The position numbers and the translations under genes were made by a program. A DNA stretch of 38,253 nucleotides, taken from IMG/VR virus record IMGVR_UViG_3300020042_000436, positions 1-38,253 of that record; one strand, written 5' to 3'. A model generated the notes under the pieces. That model was not told where the DNA came from. It ran no database searches and was given only the letters and a program-made list of their open reading frames with translations. Positions 17,326 to 26,200 of the stretch are shown piece after piece (the stretch's first letter is position 1; every line of letters begins with the position of its first letter). This DNA is from a virus (Duplodnaviria; Caudoviricetes).

Positions 17326-18300
17326 ATGATTATTCCAAACAAACACAGCGGCTATCAAGCGGGTATCCGCAAGTATTACATGGGGGGTGGTGGTAGCGGG
17401 TTTGCACCTGCTCCACAAGCTGATCCATATACGTCTGCGAACCGTCCCGGCTATGTGCCATACGGTACAAACGGGCAGTTCAACCAGCCAATTTATCAGC
17501 CAAAGTATGAAAACTACAATACTGGTAATTCAATGAATGTAAGCCAGTACGGTCAACAACCTTCCTATGGCGATAATTTTGGTGGTTACCCTGACGGTAT
17601 GTACCGTACTCAAACGGCTATGCCCCAGCAATCCCAGCAACCCCAGCAACAAACTTCTATGTTTGGTGGTCAGATGCAAGGGGGAGGTTACGGTCAGTTT
17701 GGCACCAATAACCCGTATAGCCCATATTCAAACACGTTTTTGAATATAAACCAGAATGCCAATCTTGGTACCAACGCAGATAAAATTAGCACATATAAAA
17801 ACTCCCTCGGAAGAGGATTTAACGATCAACAGATACAAAATCAAGTAGCTGGGTTGTTTGGCCAACAATCTCAAAGTTTTATGGATTATCTGTCAAGCCA
17901 AGCGCGACTCCCCGTACAACCACAGCAACAACAAATGCAGCCTTCATTTAACTATCAGCAACCTGCATATGGCGGGGGTAATTTTATTGCCGACCCTGCG
18001 TTGCCTGAAGGTATGGTAGGCACGATGGGTGGTTTTGGATACGACCCAGCGACAGGTAGAGTGGATTTGGGAACGGCTGGTGGAAGTGGACAATTTACCT
18101 CGCAAACAATGCAGCCCCCACAGAGTTTTACCAATACAAATTATTTGCAAAGTCAAGCGCGACCCCCCGTACAACCTGCGCAAACTAACTACGGGCCAAG
18201 CCGGGCAATTGTGGGAAGGTCTGCTCAAATGCGCGGCACCCCAAACGTCATGCGCCGTGCCGAAGGTGGGATTGCTTCTTTGACGAGCAATATTGAATGA
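17326..18300 (+). CDS. Gln/Gly/Asn/Tyr-rich low-complexity protein, putative internal virion protein
   Basis: RBS AGGGGG; N-terminal leader shared with the 18725 gene; ends RAEGGIASL. Confidence 0.7.
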   Translation: MIIPNKHSGYQAGIRKYYMGGGGSGFAPAPQADPYTSANRPGYVPYGTNGQFNQPIYQPKYENYNTGNSMNVSQYGQQPSYGDNFGGYPDGMYRTQTAMPQQSQQPQQQTSMFGGQMQGGGYGQFGTNNPYSPYSNTFLNINQNANLGTNADKISTYKNSLGRGFNDQQIQNQVAGLFGQQSQSFMDYLSSQARLPVQPQQQQMQPSFNYQQPAYGGGNFIADPALPEGMVGTMGGFGYDPATGRVDLGTAGGSGQFTSQTMQPPQSFTNTNYLQSQARPPVQPAQTNYGPSRAIVGRSAQMRGTPNVMRRAEGGIASLTSNIE

Positions 18301-18728
18301 GCCTAACTGTTCGCCCTGTTGACGTTAACCATGTTCAGCAAGTCTGGCCTATGGTGCGAAGTCATATCCAAGAGTCTTTTGATAAAGGTGGGGACTTTCC
18401 TGATTGGGCGGCTGGGTACACCAGTTCGCATGTGCAGTCGTTTTTGACTTCAGGACAGTGGCTGCTTTTGGTGGCAGTGGATGAAGAAGACGCAATTCAT
18501 GGGGCTATGACAATTTCGTTCGTTAACTACCCCCTACACAGAGTGGCGTTTGTAACCACTACAGGCGGTAAATTCATCGCAAATCCAGAACTTCTAACAC
18601 AGCTAAAAGTGTTGGTAAAAGCTCATGGCGCGACTAAAATACAAGCATTCTGCCGGGAATCTATGGTACGCCTTCTATCACGTGCTGGTTTTGAACCGCG
18701 CAATACTTTAGTAGAGGTTCTTGTATGA
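18297..18728 (+). CDS. GNAT-fold acyltransferase-like protein
   Basis: 143 aa with GNAT-like pattern (WLLLVAV...HGAMTI...AFVTTTGG...AHGATKIQAF...RLLSRAGF); the canonical R/QxxGxG motif is degenerate; ATGA overlaps at both ends. Confidence 0.55.
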   Translation: MSLTVRPVDVNHVQQVWPMVRSHIQESFDKGGDFPDWAAGYTSSHVQSFLTSGQWLLLVAVDEEDAIHGAMTISFVNYPLHRVAFVTTTGGKFIANPELLTQLKVLVKAHGATKIQAFCRESMVRLLSRAGFEPRNTLVEVLV

Positions 18729-21463
18729 TAATTTTAAACAAACACAGCGGCTATTCCCGTGACGGCATCCGTAAATATTACGTGGGTGGTGGCGGTGGTG
18801 GCCCATCAACTACAACAGTTAACCAATCCAACATCCCTGACTACTTGCGTCCGCAAGTTGAGTCGTTGCTTGGCGGTGCCACCCAAGAGCTATTTAATGT
18901 AAGAACAAATGCTGACGGTACATTTAGCCCCACGGGTACAAAGGCGTTCACGCCGTATAGCACCAACGTAAAAGACTATGTAGCAGGCTTTAGCCCACTA
19001 CAGCAGCAGGTTCAGAAAAACGCGGCCAACTTGCAAATGCCCGGTCAGTTCAACCAAGCTACAGGGTTTGCAAATGCCGCAGGGCAAGGTGCTATGAACT
19101 CTGCCGCCCAAGGCGCAGGTTATGGCAATGCAGGTTTCCAGTCTGGTCAGGCAGGACAGGCTATGGGGTCACTTGCCGCACAAGATGCGTATAACCGCGC
19201 TAATGCGGCGACTAGTATGGCGAACCAATCTGGTGCTCAAGGTACACAGTCTGGCCTTATGGGCCAAAGTATTGGCACTCAAGGCGGCGCAATGTTCGGA
19301 GGTATGGGTGCTCAAGCTGGTTTACAGGGGCAGCAGTCTGGTTTAGCGGGTCAACAAGTGGGCATGCAAGCGGCTCAACAAGCCGCCGCTGACGCTGCGC
19401 AAGGTAAAGCTGCTGGTTATGGCTATGGCGCTATGGGCGCTCAAGCGGGTGCTCAAGGTCAACAGTCTGGTTTAGCGGGTCAAAATATCGGTACCCAAGG
19501 CGGCGCAATGTACGGGGGTATGGGTGCTGGTTATGGCTCCCAAGCTGCTGATTTATCTAACCAATCATTAGGGTACGGTCAGGCCGGGTACGGTTCAGGA
19601 CAAATAGGACAGCAACTCGCCCTTGCTGCTGCTAATCGTTATGGTGATATGGGCGCGGGTTATGGGCAGCAGGGCGCTCAACTTGGTACGTTGGCGGGGC
19701 AATATTATGGCGGTCAAGGTGCTAACTACGGTCAGCAAGCTGCGGCACTTTCGCCGCAAGCACAAGCGTATGGTAACCAAGGCGCAGGGTATGGACAACA
19801 AGCCGCTCAATTAGCTGGCGGTGCGTTAGGGTACGGACAAAGTGCCGCCGATATTGGCCGTATGGGACTCCGCGCTGAAGCACTAGGGCAAGATATTACG
19901 GGGCAGGCGCGGGGATACGCGGCTCAAGCCGCCGCTGCTGGACAACAGTACGCTAATCAAGCCACCAACCCAAACTCTGTACAAGCGTACATGAGTCCGT
20001 ATCAGTCCGCTGTAACTGATGTCCAATTGCAGGCGCTACAACGCCAAGCTGATATTGCTCGCACACAACGTAGTTCGCAAGCTGCTCGTGCTGGTGCTTT
20101 TGGCGGTGCTCGTCAGGCTATTGAAAACGCGGAAGCTGACCGCGCTTTGGCTTCTCAAATGGATGCAGCGCGTGCTCTAGGCCAACAGTCTGCTTATGAC
20201 AAAGCTATACAGAGCATGCAGTATGGTTCAAATCTTGGCCTTCAGGGGTTTCAAGGCGCACAGCAAGGTCTGGGTACGGCACTGCAAGGTGGTCAGTTGG
20301 GCTTGTCGGGTATTGGGCAGGCTATGGCGGGGCAGCAAGCAGGTATGCAAGGGGTAGGACAAGCTGGTTCAATGTATGGTCTTGGAATGCAAGGCGCACA
20401 GTCTGGCTTGGCTGGACTTAATGCGGCTAATCAGTTCTATCAAACTGGTATGCAGGGGTCGGGTTTAGGGCTACAAGGTCTAAATGCTCAACTGGCTGGT
20501 ACTGCCCAAGGTATGCAAGGCGCTGGCATGGGACTCCAAGCTGCGCAAACAGGACTTCAAGGCACGGCTCAAGGTATGCAGGGCGCACAAGCAGGTTTGT
20601 CAGGTGTCAATGCTGCCAATCAAGCGTTCCAAACTGGCATTCAAGGTGCGGGCATGGGCTTGCAAGGGGTTAACGCCCAGCTTGCGGGTACTGCGCAAGG
20701 TATCCAAGGCTCACAAGCAGCTATGCAAGGGGCGGGTGTTGGTTTGGCTGGCGCAGATCGGGCAAATGCTGCATCACAACTTGCTTTGTCAGGCGCAGAC
20801 CGCGCACTGGCAGGTACTGCTCAGGGTATCCAAGGCTCACAAGCAGCTATGCAGGGTGCTGGAGTTGGTTTGTCTGGTTTAGACCGCCAATTGGCAGGTA
20901 CTGCTCAAGGTATGCAGGGTGCACAAATTGGTCTTTCTGCCGCAGACCGCACAATTGCCGCAGGTCAGCTTGCGCAGCAAGGAGCCAATACGAGTTTGGC
21001 GGGTACTGCACAGGGCATGCAAGGCGCGGGTGTAGGTTTGACTGGTGTCGGCGCACAGCAAGCTGGGTATGGGTTGGCTAATCAAACGGCATCCAATCTA
21101 GCTAATATTGGTACGCAACAACTGGCTGGACAGACTAGCATCTTGGGATTACAAAACCAGATTGGTGGACAACAGCAGTCACAAGAACAACAGTACATCA
21201 ACCAAGCAATCCAGAACTACTCTAACGCGCAGAATGCGCCGATGGATAAATTGCAACAGTACAACGCTTTGTTGCGTGGCTACGCAATCCCCGGCACAAC
21301 CACAACCCAGTATCAGGCACAGCCTACACTTGGCAATCAGTTAGCAGGTTATGGTACAGCCGGGATTGGCCTTTCGCAATTAGCGAATATAGGAGGCAAG
21401 AAAAAAGGTGGTACTGTGCGTTCGGGCATTTCCAACTTGGCTTTGTACAACGCAACGCGCTAA
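18725..21463 (+). CDS. Ejection/DNA pilot-like internal protein with long Gly/Gln/Ala heptad arms
   Basis: 'GGGGGPSTTTVNQSNIPDY', 'VAGFSPLQQQ', central 'YMSPYQSAV...AGAFGGARQAI', extensive repeats. Confidence 0.75.
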   Translation: MIILNKHSGYSRDGIRKYYVGGGGGGPSTTTVNQSNIPDYLRPQVESLLGGATQELFNVRTNADGTFSPTGTKAFTPYSTNVKDYVAGFSPLQQQVQKNAANLQMPGQFNQATGFANAAGQGAMNSAAQGAGYGNAGFQSGQAGQAMGSLAAQDAYNRANAATSMANQSGAQGTQSGLMGQSIGTQGGAMFGGMGAQAGLQGQQSGLAGQQVGMQAAQQAAADAAQGKAAGYGYGAMGAQAGAQGQQSGLAGQNIGTQGGAMYGGMGAGYGSQAADLSNQSLGYGQAGYGSGQIGQQLALAAANRYGDMGAGYGQQGAQLGTLAGQYYGGQGANYGQQAAALSPQAQAYGNQGAGYGQQAAQLAGGALGYGQSAADIGRMGLRAEALGQDITGQARGYAAQAAAAGQQYANQATNPNSVQAYMSPYQSAVTDVQLQALQRQADIARTQRSSQAARAGAFGGARQAIENAEADRALASQMDAARALGQQSAYDKAIQSMQYGSNLGLQGFQGAQQGLGTALQGGQLGLSGIGQAMAGQQAGMQGVGQAGSMYGLGMQGAQSGLAGLNAANQFYQTGMQGSGLGLQGLNAQLAGTAQGMQGAGMGLQAAQTGLQGTAQGMQGAQAGLSGVNAANQAFQTGIQGAGMGLQGVNAQLAGTAQGIQGSQAAMQGAGVGLAGADRANAASQLALSGADRALAGTAQGIQGSQAAMQGAGVGLSGLDRQLAGTAQGMQGAQIGLSAADRTIAAGQLAQQGANTSLAGTAQGMQGAGVGLTGVGAQQAGYGLANQTASNLANIGTQQLAGQTSILGLQNQIGGQQQSQEQQYINQAIQNYSNAQNAPMDKLQQYNALLRGYAIPGTTTTQYQAQPTLGNQLAGYGTAGIGLSQLANIGGKKKGGTVRSGISNLALYNATR

Positions 21464-21472
21464 GGAATATTT

Positions 21473-23254
21473 ATGAGCCTCAATAGCCTACAAGACAATA
21501 TGTCCCGCCGTGCTGCATCAATGGCGGCGATGGCTAAACGCGCCAGTAATCCCCAAGATATTCAAGCCATACAGAAGAATCTTATTGAGGGTGTTCAGAA
21601 CGGTTCGATTCAACCCTACGTTGGTATCCCCCTGATCCAAGACCTGACCAATAAGTTGGCAGAGGCTAAAGCCCAGATGGCGCAAGGCATGGCGGGTGCT
21701 GGAATGCAGCAAGGCCCACAAGGTGTTCCTATTGCCCAGCAGGTGATGCAGCAAGCCGCTCAAGAAAGCCAAGGGGTTGAAGCCCTGCCGTCAAACCTGC
21801 CGCAAGAGTATGCAGGCGGCGGCATTATTGCGTTTGAGAATGGTGGCCCTGTTGAGCGTTATCAAAACACTGGGTTTACGGGCGGCACGGGTGAAAGAAA
21901 ACGCGCTGAAGAAGCACTGGCCAAGTTACGCACCTATGGTTTGCGCCAACGCCAACAAGACCCCCAAGGGTACGCCGCCGCAGAACAGGAAAGTAAACAA
22001 GCACAAGATATTTTATCCAACATGGAACGCGCAATAACTGGTGGCCCTGTTGGAGTAATGGGTCAACCTATGGGGTTTGCCGCGTCTCCTGCTGTTACAC
22101 CCCCTGCTACCCCTGCGGCAAACGGCCCTATTGTTCCTTATGGCCGAAGCGAAGCTCCTCCTAATTTCCTTAGTGGCGCAAAAGCGCCTTCCGCAACTCC
22201 CGGTGGCGCTCCCCGTATTGGTGGCGGTAGTAATTTTAAACCCCCTGCTTTGCAGACATACACGCCAACCATTGCGACTATGCCAGAACGCACAATGGGG
22301 GACTTAACCGACCTTGGTGCAATTACCAAAAATTTAAGCGCGGATAAGAAAAAAGCAATAAGCGATGCTGTTACAGAAGCGCAAAATAAATATGAAGGTT
22401 TTGACGAACCCGGTAACAAAGCCCGAGAAGAGAAATTTGGCAAGCGTGAAGCCGCACAAGAAAAAGACTCAGCGATGACTCGCGCTTTAAACCTAATGAA
22501 TCTTGGGTTTGGTATTGCTGGCAGTAAAGAACGTACCCTTGCAGGTGCTTTGGGTAACGAAGGTCGTCAAGGTATTCAAGGTCTTATCCAAGGCGAAGCC
22601 GCAAGCCGCGCTGCCAAGGACAGGCTGGAAGATGCACGTGACAACTTTGAGCAACAAAAAGTTGCGGCTAAGAAAGGCAACTATCAAGCTGCTCAAGCTG
22701 CGGGTAGAGATGCGGGTAGAGATGTGCAAGAAGCTACTCAAATGGCGTTGGCCGCTGCTCAAGCAGGTAATGCTCAAGGTATCAGCCTGTACAACACCCT
22801 TACGCAGAGAGATATTGGGGCGGCGGGGGTATCTAATCAGGGGCAGCAGTTACAACTTTCAGCAGTTGACCAACAGAACCGTAGTGCGTTGGGTCTTGCG
22901 GGATTAGATATAGAAAGCAAAAAACTTGCGCAACAGGCCGCATCCGCCAACGCACAGCTTAAATTAGGCCAAGAAAAACTCAACCTGATTAAAGGTCAGA
23001 TTGCGGCGGGAGATAAACGCGCACAGGCCGCTTTGGCAAATGTGGAACGCCAAGCCTACGCCGCTTTTGAAACTAGCCAACAATTCCGACAAGCGCAAGA
23101 GCAAGCCAAAAAAATGGCACCAACTGAAGCTCAACGGTTTATGCAACAAGAATGGACAAAATACAGCGCAAACGCAATGCCTTCGTTGCTTGCTGGTCAA
23201 GGTGGCGGGGCTAATGTTCCTTCGTTTACGGAATTAATGAAGGCTATGGAGTAA
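21473..23254 (+). CDS. Internal virion (ejection) protein, helical/coiled-coil
   Basis: RBS AAGGA; 593 aa Ala/Gln-rich; lies between the pilot-like and giant internal protein genes. Confidence 0.7.
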   Translation: MSLNSLQDNMSRRAASMAAMAKRASNPQDIQAIQKNLIEGVQNGSIQPYVGIPLIQDLTNKLAEAKAQMAQGMAGAGMQQGPQGVPIAQQVMQQAAQESQGVEALPSNLPQEYAGGGIIAFENGGPVERYQNTGFTGGTGERKRAEEALAKLRTYGLRQRQQDPQGYAAAEQESKQAQDILSNMERAITGGPVGVMGQPMGFAASPAVTPPATPAANGPIVPYGRSEAPPNFLSGAKAPSATPGGAPRIGGGSNFKPPALQTYTPTIATMPERTMGDLTDLGAITKNLSADKKKAISDAVTEAQNKYEGFDEPGNKAREEKFGKREAAQEKDSAMTRALNLMNLGFGIAGSKERTLAGALGNEGRQGIQGLIQGEAASRAAKDRLEDARDNFEQQKVAAKKGNYQAAQAAGRDAGRDVQEATQMALAAAQAGNAQGISLYNTLTQRDIGAAGVSNQGQQLQLSAVDQQNRSALGLAGLDIESKKLAQQAASANAQLKLGQEKLNLIKGQIAAGDKRAQAALANVERQAYAAFETSQQFRQAQEQAKKMAPTEAQRFMQQEWTKYSANAMPSLLAGQGGGANVPSFTELMKAME

Positions 23255-23260
23255 CTCGTA

Positions 23261-26200
23261 ATGATCCTTACCCTACCTAAAGTTGGCTTGGTTCGCTTTG
23301 ACGACAATATCTCTACCGAGGAATTAAACAAACAAGTAGGGCTTCTTGCGCAAAAGTATGATTTCAAAGTTCCCAAACGGGACGTAGGAATTGGCACCCT
23401 CTTGAAAGAGGGCTTCATGCGGGGCATGGGAGAAACAGGTATCGCTTTGGGTGACACGCTCCCGGCTATGGCTGGGTCTGCGCTTGGTTTTGATGAGTAC
23501 GCACAACGTCAGATGGGTGAAGCCGCTACTTCACGTGCTGAGTTAGAACGCAAGTACCCCACACAGTTCAAGTCGTACACTGAAGTTGAAAGTCCGTATG
23601 AGGGCGCACAATATATTGCGGAAACCTTGGGTGAACTTGGCCCAACAGCACTGACCGCAATGATCCCCGGTGTGGGCGCAGGTGCTTTGGGTAGCAGACT
23701 GGCCGCTCGTGGGGCTATGGGTGCCGCTTTGGAAGCTGGCCCCCTGTCGATGGCTGGCCGTGCCGCCGCTGAGACTGCTGCTAAACAAGCGGGACAAGTT
23801 GCAGGTAAACGCGCAATGTATGGGGGTGTGTACCTTGGCTCGTTTGCGCAAAACGCACCTGAAGTGTTTGAAAGTATCTACCGCGAAACTGACAAGATGG
23901 AGCCGGGTATTGCCGCGCTTGCTGGTGGCTTGTCTTCTGTCTTGGATGCCATCGTCCCCGGCAAACTACTGGGTGAGTTGGGTGGTTACGGCAAGATGAA
24001 AGTCATCGAGAAGGTGGCTAAAGATTCTGGTGCCGCACCAAAGGTGTGGAAGTACATTGCTAAGGAAGCCGCTAAGACCGCAGGGGCTGAAGGTTTAACC
24101 GAGGCTGCGCAAGAGTCTATCAATGCCGCAGCAGAACAAGTTGCAGGTAGTACAAAGGAGATGTTCGGCCCTGAGAACATCCAGCGTTTCAAAGAATCGT
24201 TTGTCAAAGGCGCGATTGGCGGCGGCGCATTTGGTACTGTAGGTGGCACGTCACAAGGTTTTACTGCAAAGAAAGAGTTTGCCACTGCCAAAGAAGCCGA
24301 GGCGTACGTCAACCAACTACGCGCCCAAGAAGAAGCTGCGGGTACGCTCACACCAGAAAAAGCTGCTGAGTACGATGCACAGATTGCGAATGACCGTGCC
24401 CAGCGTGAAGCTGGTTTAGCGGCTGCGTTTGCCCAAATGCCTGAAGATGTAGGCGCGGTATCTATTGCAGCCCTTATGGAACGTGCAGATAACATAAAAG
24501 AATTTAACCCCGGCGCGTATGAACGTATTTACGGGGATATAGATGCCGCTATTGCGGCTAACAAAGCCAAAATTGCTGAAGATGAAACTAAAGCAAAGGC
24601 GCAAGCACAAGCCGAACTTAATAAGGTTGAAGCTGAGTACGACAAAGGTTTGCGTAATAAACAGGCGGGGGCAGCGTTTGCTAAAGCGGAACCTACCCCC
24701 GGTACTGGCGGTATGTTCAAACCCGCGCTGGAACAAGAGCGTGCAAACAAACAAGCTGCTACACGCCAGTTTGCTTTTGGCGATGCCCCTATTGATCCCG
24801 CCAATATGCCGGGTGATCCTGTCACAGTTGACACCCTGAAAAACCTTAAAGTGTCTGACCGTTCAGAGGTTGGCCTGAGTTTGCTGGGTACAGACCTTGA
24901 GACCGTTGATGGTCGCCGCAAACTCATTCAAACGCTAGAAAAACCTAGCTTCACAGGCAAGATTGATGAAGACGCATACGATGCCTTGATCAGCACTTTT
25001 GACCAGCAAGAAGTCAAAGCCGCACGTGCCGAGATGAATGCTGAAACGCTTTCCCCTACCAAACAAAAACAGCAAGCGCAGACCCGAGCCTTTGCATTTG
25101 GAGCACCTGATGCTACAAGACCTGACACACCCGCAGGTGGAGGAAGCCCTAGCGTGGTTAGCGAACCCATCTCCGATGACGCTACCAGAACCGATGAAGC
25201 AACTGTCGGAGATAGAGATGTTTCTACTCAGCAGGATGCTGGAGACGCTACTGCACGAGAAGGACAACAGCCCACTGCACTAGAGCGTGATTACGCCGAA
25301 CAAGTATTTGCTCGATATGACAGCCTACCTGAAGACCAACGAGAAGCGGCGGCGCAACGGCTTGGATTAACCCGTCCTGAATTTATTGAATCAGAAGCCG
25401 CATTTACACGCACCAAAGAAGTTGACGATGCAATTACAGCAGTAACAACCCAAATCCGTAAAAGCAAAAAGGCAACCAATGGCACTACGCCCCCTGAAGC
25501 CCAGCAAGCAGAACCGCAAGAACAAAAAGCAGCAGCAGCCCCAGCAGCAGTAGCTCCCGCACGCGGCACATCAATGCGCCCCGACTTGTCTGGGGAAAAG
25601 CCTGTTGTCGATGCAAAGCTAGGCCAGCGCGGAGTTAAGCTCGATGAACAGTCCAAGGATGCCCGTGCCTACTTTGGCAAGATAACCCCTGCGATGGCGC
25701 TTGATGCGATTGCCAATGACTTGGTGTACCAGCCGACTGCCTACCGCAACTCAAAGATGACGTTGCCTAGCGTGTCAAAACCGGGGACGTTTGCCGCAAC
25801 ACCAGAGCCAACATTTGGCAATGAAAAAGAAGCCACGTTTTTTAAAGGTCAAGGCGGTATCCACGCTAAAAATGCCGAGGCATGGGCACGTTCAAATCTG
25901 TCTCCTGAAGCCGTCTCGTTTTTAGACCAGAAGGTTGCGCAGTACAAGAAAGAAAAAACAAATTCCGATACCATTCGTCGCCGTCAAGAAGCGCAGACCA
26001 AGGTGGGTAAAGCTACCAAAGTGCAAGTGGCTGAAGAAGCCGCCGCCGCTGAAGCGCAGGGTGAGTACGCCCCTACAGAAGAAGAGATTGCAGACGCTAA
26101 AGGTACGAAGACTGAGGCTGGTAAACGTAAAGCTCAAATGCAACGTCTTGCACGTGAGTTGGCAAAAGAATCAAAACAATCATTCAACGAAGATGTTTTT

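Noticed and set aside
20480-21030. Tandem DNA repeats as a possible CRISPR array or DGR template/variable repeat pair
   Set aside because: The repeats are in frame, differ mainly at synonymous positions rather than at adenines, and encode heptads; there is no reverse transcriptase in the window.
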